Shown piece after piece: positions 7,906 through 16,197 of a DNA stretch of 58,157 bases; position 1 is the stretch's first letter; each line of letters opens with the position of its first letter. The stretch lies in the IMG/VR virus record IMGVR_UViG_3300023220_000531, positions 1 to 58,157 of that record; one strand, written 5' to 3'. Under the pieces are notes generated by a model. It was not told the DNA's origin and ran no database searches. It saw only the letters and a program-made list of their open reading frames with translations. The position numbers were made by a program, and so were the translations under genes. This DNA is from a virus (Duplodnaviria > Caudoviricetes).

Positions 7906-8166
7906 TTAGAATTCCATCATGGTAGAAAGCCTACATTCGTTAGACTCTCTTTCTTCTTCTGCTTTAGGTAACCCAAGTTCATCGCACAGATCCATCAATG
8001 CACAGTCCCATGCATCCCTGAATGATATGCCTTCATCCAATAACTGCACTAAAATGCGGCTCTGTCTCGATGGCCCCAGAGCAGACAACATGCTTTTAGT
8101 GATACGAATTTCATCATCAGTAAGAATTCTTTTGGCCTTTATATAACTATCTTTCGTAATATTCAT
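7906..8166 (-). CDS. Hypothetical protein
   Basis: ATGA coupling within the leftward operon. Confidence 0.6.
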   Translation of the reverse strand: MNITKDSYIKAKRILTDDEIRITKSMLSALGPSRQSRILVQLLDEGISFRDAWDCALMDLCDELGLPKAEEERESNECRLSTMMEF

Positions 8167-8390
8167 TTTTCAAATTCCTTCGCCTGATTGTATAAATCAA
8201 CCCAAATAGCATTATCGTCTGGGCCAGAGGCTCGAATCAGTTCATCGTTATCAGTATTGTACATAGCTACATAAATAAATTTTGTTTCTTGGGGTGTGCC
8301 ATGTTGTATTGAAACGATATCCCACTTATCAAGCGGAGGCTGTTGCCATGGCAGTTTTCCGATAATCATTGGTCTTCCCATGGCCAGCAA
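8163..8390 (-). CDS. Hypothetical protein (start probably ATG 8369)
   Basis: Coupled ORF in the leftward operon. Confidence 0.55.
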   Translation of the reverse strand: MLAMGRPMIIGKLPWQQPPLDKWDIVSIQHGTPQETKFIYVAMYNTDNDELIRASGPDDNAIWVDLYNQAKEFEK

Positions 8391-8938
8391 TATCCGTCAG
8401 CCAATCCAATTACCTCAAAAGCGATAATATCGTCAGAATTCGATGAATGATTCCACCCTACTATACTATCGCCCACATTATCTATGATCCCACCCATCAC
8501 ACCCTTTCGATAAACCTTAACTTGCAATCCATTAGGTAGTGAACGTTTGCCACCCATCCAAGCGTGAATGTGATTCATTCTGGGTCTGCAACGATCAAAA
8601 GGTTTCAATCCACCAGAATTATTTGCCATTAAATACTCATCAGTTCTATTGATAGTTGCAAGTGAACCTATGCTCATAATGATGTCGCAGTGGACGTTCC
8701 AAAACTCGCAGTCGATACCTGATTTAGTGAGAACAGATAGATCAACCGGTATTAGTTTTGGTTTGATGCGCCATTGATCAGGATTGCAGTTAAACCAATC
8801 TGGATATTTAGGTCCGCATTGGCCACCCCACATATCAAGCCATTTATCACGAACAAGAATTTGAGCTTCACCACCTTCGGCAACTTGCGCATAAAACTCA
8901 GACAACCATTTTGCTTTTTCTTTAGTATTCATATTCAC
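8366..8938 (-). CDS. Hypothetical phage protein
   Basis: Trp-rich; WRIKP and W.H....DDIIAFEV motifs common in phage early genes. Confidence 0.7.
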   Translation of the reverse strand: MNMNTKEKAKWLSEFYAQVAEGGEAQILVRDKWLDMWGGQCGPKYPDWFNCNPDQWRIKPKLIPVDLSVLTKSGIDCEFWNVHCDIIMSIGSLATINRTDEYLMANNSGGLKPFDRCRPRMNHIHAWMGGKRSLPNGLQVKVYRKGVMGGIIDNVGDSIVGWNHSSNSDDIIAFEVIGLADGYCWPWEDQ

Positions 8939-9363
8939 TCCAAAGTTATAGTTAGTTCATCTGACCATTCAGATTCAAGGCCATCTTTATCGATTGTTCT
9001 AATCCGCAAAACCTTCAAACCGCCTGTAAGCCCGTTTAAGCGATGTTCTGTCAATTCTGGTGCAATGGCGTAGATAGTGCCGTTTATATCGAGCTCATAG
9101 CCAGCGATTTGATCAGGTGTGAGGATATCGCCGTTTTCTCTGCTTGTCGGGTGACTCCAGGAAACATTGATAGAAAAGTTGTTACAAGCCTTTTTGGTAA
9201 CCGTGACTCTTAAACCAGCGCCTTGAATGGTACCATCGTCAAAAACCTTGAACCGATCGACAACAGGCCGAACGATACTTACCCGAATGTTGCAGGGCAG
9301 TTGAGCGTTAAGAGCCTCTTGAATCGCTTTATATTCATTGGCTGTGTCGTAGATTACGTCCAT
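8935..9363 (-). CDS. Fibronectin type III domain protein
   Basis: VSWSHPTSRENG..L...IAGYE...RTIDKDGLESEWS Fn3 pattern. Confidence 0.75.
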   Translation of the reverse strand: MDVIYDTANEYKAIQEALNAQLPCNIRVSIVRPVVDRFKVFDDGTIQGAGLRVTVTKKACNNFSINVSWSHPTSRENGDILTPDQIAGYELDINGTIYAIAPELTEHRLNGLTGGLKVLRIRTIDKDGLESEWSDELTITLE

Positions 9364-9884
9364 GGCACTAACTCGGTATCTGCTTTTACGTATAAAGGAT
9401 GCTTCGGATTTCCATTTTTAGTGGTACCCAGGCAATAGAATTGCTCTACATTACTTTCTTCGACTAAAAGCTCAGGCCAATTCTTATCCCAATCGGCGCC
9501 GTTACCCCACCCTATAACAACTTTGTCTGAAATTTTCGTGCATACATCGACGTGGACCAAATTTTGGATCATAGAATCTCTTCTGTCCCAATCGCCGCGA
9601 ATATCCCAATCTTCAACAATTCGTCTGCATTCCTTTGATGATGGTGTTCTAAAGGGGTATAAATTTACGGCCAAAAGAGAATCAAAACCCCATTTTTTGG
9701 AGAACCCTATTATTCTTCGTAGTGTTGGGTCGTCTTGTTCGGCGTCTGCTGTAGAGGGATTCAACATAATCCAACAAATAATCTTGGATCCGTCAGACCA
9801 TTTTCTTTTCAACCACCATCGACAATTACCGGTGATTTTTGCTTTGCGTTCCATTTCCATATTATTCAACCCTCTGGATATCAT
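9354..9884 (-). CDS. DUF1643 family protein
   Basis: WIMLNPSTAD..DDPT, VNLYPFR and LGTTKNGNPKHPLY motifs. Confidence 0.9.
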   Translation of the reverse strand: MISRGLNNMEMERKAKITGNCRWWLKRKWSDGSKIICWIMLNPSTADAEQDDPTLRRIIGFSKKWGFDSLLAVNLYPFRTPSSKECRRIVEDWDIRGDWDRRDSMIQNLVHVDVCTKISDKVVIGWGNGADWDKNWPELLVEESNVEQFYCLGTTKNGNPKHPLYVKADTELVPWT

Positions 9885-9896
9885 TTAGGATGACTA

Positions 9897-10061
9897 TCAC
9901 AACTTCGATCCTATTTGATTCAGTTTGTGATTCTGTGCATCAGACAGCTCGTAATCGTCGTCATGTTCTGCAATGCTATCAATGAACTCAACCTCCCAAT
10001 CGTTTAAGTCTTCAGGGTAATCGATAGCGTCTTTGATGATCTGCTTTTGTAATCTGTTCAT
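9897..10061 (-). CDS. 54-aa acidic hypothetical protein (not in ORF track)
   Basis: MNRLQKQIIKDAIDYPEDLNDWEVEFIDSI...LSDAQ; fills the operon gap. Confidence 0.6.
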   Translation of the reverse strand: MNRLQKQIIKDAIDYPEDLNDWEVEFIDSIAEHDDDYELSDAQNHKLNQIGSKL

Positions 10062-10312
10062 TTTATGTGGGCCTTCTTCAAAAACTCTTCATACGGCATG
10101 TAATACAACGCTCTATCCATTCGTTTCGTATAACCAAGACAGTCACCACCAACAGAAATACCGTAAGGGAATAATTTGTTTCTGGATATATGCCCGGGGA
10201 TTATTTTTCCTTGATCAAAAGCCCAATCAACAACAGTTTTTAATTGTTCGAATGATTCAGCCTTAATGACAGTGGACCCATGTTCCAATGATTTATATTT
10301 TGGTTTCATCAT
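10058..10312 (-). CDS. Hypothetical protein
   Basis: Coupled ORF. Confidence 0.6.
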   Translation of the reverse strand: MMKPKYKSLEHGSTVIKAESFEQLKTVVDWAFDQGKIIPGHISRNKLFPYGISVGGDCLGYTKRMDRALYYMPYEEFLKKAHIK

Positions 10313-10998
10313 TTACTCCCCATAAAATCATCAACGTTAACATTGTGAACATCAAACTTAACCACCCAAACCCATGGATTCTCGCGCCATGAATCTTCGC
10401 CGTTTATTGATTTCCATAGTGTTGAAAATGCGCCTCTGGCATGAACTAATGCGGCGCCTTTGTTTTCTGCGTAGTGATATCGATCGGTTTCAACATCGTG
10501 AAACACGCCTTCAGACTTTGAGTCTTCTTCTGAGATATCCTGCAACCTCTCGCAAACAACGTCTGTTATTTCCAGAGTAATCCGTGAAGCCCATCGAGGC
10601 ATAAATATTGACGGTCTCCAAACGGGATCTTTCATTTGTGGAAACTGTTCTTCTGGCTTTCGTACGTCAAGCCATTTATCGGCGGCCTCCACACTGTTTT
10701 CTATGTGGATCAATACATTATCGGCCTTGAAGCGAATTCCAGAAGTAATATCGCCAACATCCGGCTTCCATGTTTCACGAACCCAGAGCAAGTCGCCAAC
10801 TTCACCATATTTACATTTAATATATTCGTCGTCATACATATCGGCGATAAACGAATAACCAGAAGGAGAACAAGCATCCTGTGAAATCAGCTCACACCTT
10901 TCAGGCTGCCGCTTCAGCTTTCGGCGAGTCATCGTTTTACTGCCATTCAGCAACGCTTGAACCATCGGTGTGCTAAATAAAATTGGTCTACTTTTCAT
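10309..10998 (-). CDS. ASCH/PUA-like domain phage protein
   Basis: RPILFSTPMVQALLNGSKTMTRR, GDLLWVRETW, WRPSIFMPRWASRI and NPWVWV motifs. Confidence 0.8.
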   Translation of the reverse strand: MKSRPILFSTPMVQALLNGSKTMTRRKLKRQPERCELISQDACSPSGYSFIADMYDDEYIKCKYGEVGDLLWVRETWKPDVGDITSGIRFKADNVLIHIENSVEAADKWLDVRKPEEQFPQMKDPVWRPSIFMPRWASRITLEITDVVCERLQDISEEDSKSEGVFHDVETDRYHYAENKGAALVHARGAFSTLWKSINGEDSWRENPWVWVVKFDVHNVNVDDFMGSK

Positions 10999-11168
10999 TA
11001 TTTTTTACCTGCTACAAAATCAATCTGTTTATGTTTGTTGAATTCATTTAGCCAAGCCGACTTCCATGGTTGCTTTTTGAACGGGCAATGGCTGACTGAT
11101 GTCGATAATCGAGCATGAGCCCAACAATCGGTGAAAGGATTGCGTCTGGACTTTTTATCCTTTGACAT
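10998..11168 (-). CDS. Rmf/CrpP-fold small protein (56 aa)
   Basis: MSKDKKSRRNPFTDCWAHARLSTSVSHCPFKKQPWKSAWLNEF matches the Rmf pattern (basic N-terminus, CP[YF]....R..WL.G[WF]). Confidence 0.55.
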   Translation of the reverse strand: MSKDKKSRRNPFTDCWAHARLSTSVSHCPFKKQPWKSAWLNEFNKHKQIDFVAGKK

Positions 11169-12375
11169 TGAGAACCTGCCGCAACCTATAAACAATTTCA
11201 ACAAGGTCATCTTGAGCCGCCATAACAGCGCCGATATCTTTGTAAGCTGCTGGGCTTTCATCGAGGACGTCTTTGTCTAGCCTTGCTTCAATTCCTTCCA
11301 TAGCAGCTGCATGCTGTTCGAGAGTAATCTCCCTGTTTGCTTGGGTTCGCGACATTACACGACCTGCACCATGAGAACAGCTACAGAAAGAGTCTTTGTT
11401 GCCTAACCCTCGAACGATGAACGACCCTGTACCCATTGAGCCAGGTATAATCCCTAAATCGCCTGTGCGAGCCCTAACGGCCCCTTTACGAGTGATCCAC
11501 ACGTTTGAACCGTAATGATTTTCGCGGCTGATGTAGTTGTGATGGCAGTTAACCGCTTGGTCGGTGACTGAGAACTCTGGCAAGGATTTATGCAGTACAC
11601 TTAAAATTGCCTCCATCATTGCCTTTCTATTTTCCAAAGCATAATCCTGCGCCCACCCAACTGCATTAACGTAATCGTCAAATAATTCTGTGTGCTCCAC
11701 CAGGTAAGACAGGTCTTTATCCGCGAGATACTTATCAATGTGGTATCGTTCCATTTCTTCCTTAGCTTTCTGGATGAAATAAGTACCGATTCTATTGCCG
11801 ACACCTCTTGATCCAGAATGCAGCATAATCCAAACAGCGTCATTTTCATCAAGGCATAATTCGATAAAATGATTACCGGTTCCAAGCGTTCCCATGTGAG
11901 ACCAGTTATTAAATGATTTGGCCTTTGGATGCTTTGTCAAAATATCGCAGTAACGGTAATACAGCGCATCCCATCGCTTTATATGAGGGTTATTGTCTCC
12001 CCATCTGCCGCGATCATTTTTGCCACCGTTATCAGTTCTGCCATGGGGAACGGCTTGTTCAATCTGACATCTTATTTCGTGAAGATTATCTGGCAACTGA
12101 TCGGCTCTCAACGTGGTCTGGTAGGCCATCATTCCACAACCTATATCGACACCTACAGCAGCTGGGACAATAGCTCCCTTGGTAGCTATCACTGATCCGA
12201 TAGTCGCACCCATACCCCAGTGCACATCAGGCATAGCGGCAACGTGTTTGTGAATAAATGGAAGGGATGCGACATTTTCTAGCTGTTCCTCTGCGCGCAC
12301 ATCCAGCAATACACCGTTAGTCCAATGCTTAATTGGCACGTTTTTAGTTTCTTTGTAAATATATCCGCCCATCAC
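11155..12375 (-). CDS. rtcB: RNA ligase RtcB (2',3'-cyclic or 3'-phosphate to 5'-OH)
   Basis: MPDVH, VGVDIGCG, GTGNHF, HSGSRG, HHNY, RKGA, PGSMG, SHGAGR and DESPAAYK motifs; strongly E. coli RtcB-like. Confidence 0.97.
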   Translation of the reverse strand: MMGGYIYKETKNVPIKHWTNGVLLDVRAEEQLENVASLPFIHKHVAAMPDVHWGMGATIGSVIATKGAIVPAAVGVDIGCGMMAYQTTLRADQLPDNLHEIRCQIEQAVPHGRTDNGGKNDRGRWGDNNPHIKRWDALYYRYCDILTKHPKAKSFNNWSHMGTLGTGNHFIELCLDENDAVWIMLHSGSRGVGNRIGTYFIQKAKEEMERYHIDKYLADKDLSYLVEHTELFDDYVNAVGWAQDYALENRKAMMEAILSVLHKSLPEFSVTDQAVNCHHNYISRENHYGSNVWITRKGAVRARTGDLGIIPGSMGTGSFIVRGLGNKDSFCSCSHGAGRVMSRTQANREITLEQHAAAMEGIEARLDKDVLDESPAAYKDIGAVMAAQDDLVEIVYRLRQVLNVKG

Positions 12376-12390
12376 TGTCTCCTTTAATTT

Positions 12391-12669
12391 TTAGATTCTG
12401 CCACGACTATCGCCACGTATTATTCGCTCACAATGAGTTACCGATATTTCAAACATGTCCGCTATATATCTGCGCGTCATTTGATTCTTCAGCTGGATTT
12501 TGCGGTCTTTGAGTTTTTCAATATCGATATCAATTTCATTTATCTCTTCTTGGCACGAATCGTGATAATCAAGCATCAATGTGACATCGTCATTGGTAAG
12601 TTTAGCGCTGCCATTTCGTTCACCAACGGCGTAATCTCTGTCTAGTTTTTTTGTGTAGGCGGTTCTCAC
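12391..12669 (-). CDS. HTH protein with a GERNGSAKL motif (HNH-associated DNA-binding tail, no nuclease domain)
   Basis: GERNGSAKLT, a coiled coil, then RYIADMFEISVTHCERII HTH. Confidence 0.6.
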   Translation of the reverse strand: MRTAYTKKLDRDYAVGERNGSAKLTNDDVTLMLDYHDSCQEEINEIDIDIEKLKDRKIQLKNQMTRRYIADMFEISVTHCERIIRGDSRGRI

Positions 12670-12884
12670 TTGATGCTATCCGGACTATCTATCAATTCGC
12701 AGAGTGTAGCTTTTGCCTGCAAAAAACAGTAACTGGATAAATAAGACGTTTTCGAACAAACCTCGACCTCCTCTTTAACCAATGCCAGCTGATCGGAAGT
12801 GCATACATAATCGACCAGTGTTGTTTCTTTTCGCATGCAACCGCCGACAAAGAACGCAATCAAAATAATTATCGTGACTCTCAT
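12666..12884 (-). CDS. Small Cys-rich lipoprotein
   Basis: Lipobox FVGGC; AAGGTG RBS. Confidence 0.75.
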   Translation of the reverse strand: MRVTIIILIAFFVGGCMRKETTLVDYVCTSDQLALVKEEVEVCSKTSYLSSYCFLQAKATLCELIDSPDSIK

Positions 12885-12964
12885 GATTTCACCTTCACTG
12901 AAAAGTTAAATTTAATTATGGCACCGAACAGGCGGTGCAATTGTTAACGTTTCATTACAATAAT

Positions 12965-13171
12965 TTAACATTCACCAATTGGACCCGCAGCACCATAACC
13001 TCTGGTACCATGGGTTATGATAAATTTGTGCCCTTCAATGCATTCGATGAAATAGTTAATACCAAGCTCTGATTTCTTCCAGTTTCGTTCGGTAGTCTGT
13101 TTTCGCCTATCCTCATCCGCTTTACATCCGATAAGCGCAAATAACAACACAATAAATATTACCTTTTTCAT
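12965..13171 (-). CDS. Small lipoprotein
   Basis: MKKVIFIVLLFALIGC lipobox; CIEGHKF motif. Confidence 0.8.
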   Translation of the reverse strand: MKKVIFIVLLFALIGCKADEDRRKQTTERNWKKSELGINYFIECIEGHKFIITHGTRGYGAAGPIGEC

Positions 13172-13205
13172 AATTTCACCTTTTAATTCAGTCAGTTGTC
13201 TTTGA

Positions 13206-13703
13206 TTAACCGTTTAACCCAGGCCCGTTTTCAGCGTGCCAAGCAATATGACAGGTGCGGCACAGCCAGCGCACCACTAACGGTAGAGCGTAATCGTCAT
13301 GGTGAGCCTGTATCTTTCCTGTGCTAGGGCATTCCTCACATGTGGTAGGTTTTTCCATTCTGCCATCACGTATTGCGTTATTGATTGAGTTTTGGGCTTT
13401 TATCTTGATTGGGTTGGCTGATTGATATTTGGCGTCATATCTGCACTGAACAAGCTTCCCCGCCGCTGTCTTGCGATATTTGGCATGAGAGCGCTTTCCA
13501 GCATCAGTCTTGGCATATTTGGTACTAGCCTTGGCTTGAGTAGCTTTGCCTGCCTCTGTCTTCGCATATCTGGATTGAGAAGCGCGACTGCATCCTTTGC
13601 AAGCAGATTGCAGTCCATCTTTTCTGCCGGAGTGCTTATTGAACTCAGAAAGTGGCTTATATGTACACTGGGAACATTTTTTAGTAACATTCGTTTCAGG
13701 CAT
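13206..13703 (-). CDS. Zn-finger / HNH endonuclease (paralog of 6796..7311)
   Basis: CSQC..DGLQSACKGC; CEEC..AHHDDY..VRWLCRTCHIAWH; identical NGPGLNG C-terminus. Confidence 0.85.
   Translation of the reverse strand: MPETNVTKKCSQCTYKPLSEFNKHSGRKDGLQSACKGCSRASQSRYAKTEAGKATQAKASTKYAKTDAGKRSHAKYRKTAAGKLVQCRYDAKYQSANPIKIKAQNSINNAIRDGRMEKPTTCEECPSTGKIQAHHDDYALPLVVRWLCRTCHIAWHAENGPGLNG
13662..13690 (+). promoter_or_regulatory. Antisense sigma70-like promoter inside the HNH gene start
   Basis: TGTACA-N17-TAACAT, at the same distance from the start codon as in the paralog. Confidence 0.55.
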
Positions 13704-13765
13704 TTTAACCTCTGCTTTAGGTTGAAATTGTTAGGGCGGGTCCAGCACTAACTGGATCTGTCCGA
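13697..13765 (+). ncRNA. Candidate antisense sRNA covering the HNH start codon and RBS
   Basis: Hairpins UUUUAACCU/AGGUUGAAA and GGGCGGGUCCAG/CUGGAUCUGUCC fully paired only on the + strand. Confidence 0.6.
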
Positions 13766-13774
13766 ATTATAACA
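13766..13774 (-). promoter_or_regulatory. Extended -10 promoter of the second HNH gene
   Basis: TGTTATAAT on the minus strand. Confidence 0.65.
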
Positions 13775-13858
13775 TAATCCAGCTTACTGTTGATTCTTCC
13801 TCTGAACATTTAATGCAAATCTGTTTTACTTATAACTACAGGCTCTATATCAGATAAA

Positions 13859-14263
13859 CTAATAGTCCGACAAAAGACGATTAATTTTGTCTTCAGCTTT
13901 TATGTCATCTTCATTCTTTCGTGCTTCCAGGTCTAAACGTGAAGCGGCCAAGTCAGCCATCCGACCATCAACAGCATCCATAAAATCCACTTCCCATTGA
14001 CCGTGATGCAGCCACCCATAAGTTTCGGTCCATCCCAGTTGTCCACCTGTGACGCCATAAACCTCTACCATATTTATATTGGTTGGCGGGTTTTGAGTAT
14101 ATTGCACCAGAGCATCTTCGCCTTTTGGCAAAAGATATATTTGGAATGTGGCTCCACGCGCATGCCATCCAGGAAGTAAGTAAAGTCGGCCTATCTGTTT
14201 CGGTGATGAAAATAATTTATAAAATTTGTCTGCGCCTATCATACTATTCTCCAATAAGGTCAT
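13859..14263 (-). CDS. Hypothetical protein
   Basis: GGAG RBS; operon orientation. Confidence 0.6.
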   Translation of the reverse strand: MTLLENSMIGADKFYKLFSSPKQIGRLYLLPGWHARGATFQIYLLPKGEDALVQYTQNPPTNINMVEVYGVTGGQLGWTETYGWLHHGQWEVDFMDAVDGRMADLAASRLDLEARKNEDDIKAEDKINRLLSDY

Positions 14264-14546
14264 TAGTTATTTGTAAAAGTTCGTACTCGGTACCGTATGC
14301 CTTTTGAAACACTTTCTTTCCATCACCATGGCGTGATATCCATCTAGGCGGCTTATCGTTATCTTTTTGCTGGTGGTGCTTGGCACACAGAGGGATAGTT
14401 AATTGATGGCAGCCAGGCTTTACCTGGCCAGAAATATGATGAATCGCTGGCGGCGTATGCATTGCCAATCTGGTAACACAAATCACGCAACCTAAGTCCC
14501 GCAATTTAACGCCTCGTGCTTTGTCGGCTTTGGTTAGGGCTCTCAT
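14244..14546 (-). CDS. Ref-like (recombination enhancement) HNH nuclease
   Basis: LGCVIC...IHHISG..K.GCH..TIPLCAKHHQ...F...YGTE.ELL; ATG 14546. Confidence 0.8.
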   Translation of the reverse strand: MRALTKADKARGVKLRDLGCVICVTRLAMHTPPAIHHISGQVKPGCHQLTIPLCAKHHQQKDNDKPPRWISRHGDGKKVFQKAYGTEYELLQITNDLIGE

Positions 14547-14737
14547 GAACGTGCCCCGTAATATCCAGACACATAAGCAAATATTGCCCATTCAGGCCAA
14601 TCATTACGTTTTACTAATGCATGAATCTTACCGTATCGAACTATCGCCTCTTCAAACGAAATAGAACCATATCGGTGTTTGTCTCGCTGACCCTTTGAAT
14701 AAAAATAACCTTTTCCGCTTCTTGTATTCATAATCAC
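14543..14737 (-). CDS. Hypothetical protein (weak Rmf-like pattern)
   Basis: GAGG RBS; Y.KG..D...W...AY.SGY. Confidence 0.55.
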   Translation of the reverse strand: MIMNTRSGKGYFYSKGQRDKHRYGSISFEEAIVRYGKIHALVKRNDWPEWAIFAYVSGYYGARS

Positions 14738-14738
14738 C

Positions 14739-15263
14739 TCAATATCTTCGCCGTTCTTGCCCGTGGTTTTTGTGGTAGCCTAGCTTTAACTCCATTGACT
14801 TTCTTGCACAACATGCTTCGAAAAAATCTTTAAATAAGCCTATATGAATTTTCTGGCCATCGTTGCCTATCTCGGCCTGCCATTTCGAGACTTTGGAAAC
14901 TAAGTGAACACCTGTTACGCCTGATCTGTTGGCAGTCGCTATTACCCTGTTTTTCATATTTTCACTGTGACCAGCTTTCAGCAGATTGCATATTCTGTTA
15001 TCAGACCTTATGCCATTTGAATGGTCAATCTGATCTGGCCACTGTCGAGTGACGTAAAAGAATGCAAGCCTGTGTGCACGATAAGGTTCACTGTCAACAA
15101 TAATTGTTATGTATCCTCTATCATTTACCGAGCCTGCAATAGATCCTTTAGCTGCACTTCCTCTTGATGTTTTCCACACAAAAATACCAAACTGAGGGCT
15201 ATAAAAAAGGAGTTCTTTTAATCGTTCTTGAGTTATATTTTTATCAGTCATGTGAGTTCTCAC
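14739..15263 (-). CDS. HNH homing endonuclease with a C-terminal AP2-like domain
   Basis: YRAHRLAF, IDHSNGIRSDNRICNL, NRSGVTGV..KWQAEI..IGLF. Confidence 0.9.
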   Translation of the reverse strand: MRTHMTDKNITQERLKELLFYSPQFGIFVWKTSRGSAAKGSIAGSVNDRGYITIIVDSEPYRAHRLAFFYVTRQWPDQIDHSNGIRSDNRICNLLKAGHSENMKNRVIATANRSGVTGVHLVSKVSKWQAEIGNDGQKIHIGLFKDFFEACCARKSMELKLGYHKNHGQERRRY

Positions 15264-15427
15264 TGATTCGATTCAATATGTGCAACGCAGCCTAGTAGGA
15301 CTATGTTGAATAATTCAGACTTATCCTTGTGCCAGTTCGCCAGTGTCTGAGGGCTTTGGCCTGTGAGCTCTGAGACTTGTTTTAATCCCTTTAGCCCTAA
15401 TAATTTCGCTTGCTGTGATGGAGTCAT
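15260..15427 (-). CDS. Small HTH regulator
   Basis: MTPSQQAKLLGLKGLKQVSELTGQSPQTLANW HTH. Confidence 0.7.
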   Translation of the reverse strand: MTPSQQAKLLGLKGLKQVSELTGQSPQTLANWHKDKSELFNIVLLGCVAHIESNQ

Positions 15428-15526
15428 ATACTTTTTTCCATTTCCGATAAATTGTCTTTCTCTCATGACCGTTTGGGAGATTATGGAACTGACTAAACAG
15501 CTCCTTTTCTCTCAACTCAAGGCCGA

Positions 15527-15661
15527 TCACTTGGCCGCTTCTCTCACTAGGAACCAAGTCCAGTCATCTTTAGCGAATAATTTGTTTGCTATTTCCTGGT
15601 TTGTTTTGTTAGTTGATTCGGCTACTTTAGCGATTGCTTGGTTAAGTTCTGATTTTGACAT
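15527..15661 (-). CDS. 44-aa hypothetical protein (not in ORF track)
   Basis: MSKSELNQAIAKVAESTNKTNQEIANKLFAKDDWTWFLVREAAK; lies downstream of its own promoter. Confidence 0.6.
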   Translation of the reverse strand: MSKSELNQAIAKVAESTNKTNQEIANKLFAKDDWTWFLVREAAK

Positions 15662-15693
15662 TTTTATTTGCTCTGTTTGTTTAAGTTGTAATT

Positions 15694-15721
15694 ATTATAA
15701 CAAACTATTTGGTTAATTCAA
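15694..15721 (-). promoter_or_regulatory. sigma70 promoter with operator-like repeats
   Basis: TTGAAT-N16-TATAAT with extended TG; ACAA(AC/T)TATTTG repeats nearby. Confidence 0.6.
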
Positions 15722-15744
15722 GCAAAACATACAATTATTTGTTA

Positions 15745-16197
15745 TTAATACGGGTTATTCAGTATTGCACTGAAATCAACACCTTTATTTGTGTAAACTT
15801 TTATCACTGTATCAATGTACTCCCGACACTGCCTTATTCCCATGCAAGAGGTAACCGGAAATTCCAGCGATGGGATCATTAACGAAAGCTTTGTATCGTA
15901 ATCAAGAGGCCTTATTACCATGTCGTATTTAGCCCGATAGTCGACATCATCCCGGCGCATGATAGGAACGCCGAGAGTAAGCTTGCATTCAGCTCTGGCA
16001 TGAAGAGAATCACCGCCGTAAAGCTGCTCACCTATCCTTGAGTAAAGCTCGAAGGTCATTCTGCGCTGATCGTCTGACATGTCCTTGCCAACTCTCCACG
16101 AAAAAGTTACCTGTTCTTGTCCTTCGCAAACAGATTGAACCCTATTGATAAAACCGTTCAGGCTGTTTACGTCGGTGACTCGGTATGTTTCAGACAT
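15745..16197 (-). CDS. NinB/YbcN-like recombination mediator
   Basis: S.DQ..M..LY..I...CKL..GVPI...PVTS.M.I.Q..EYID pattern. Confidence 0.65.
   Translation of the reverse strand: MSETYRVTDVNSLNGFINRVQSVCEGQEQVTFSWRVGKDMSDDQRRMTFELYSRIGEQLYGGDSLHARAECKLTLGVPIMRRDDVDYRAKYDMVIRPLDYDTKLSLMIPSLEFPVTSCMGIRQCREYIDTVIKVYTNKGVDFSAILNNPY

Noticed and set aside
11169-11261. N-terminal extension of track ORF 10998..11261
   Set aside because: It overlaps the conserved rtcB C-terminus; ATG 11168 gives a coherent Rmf-sized protein
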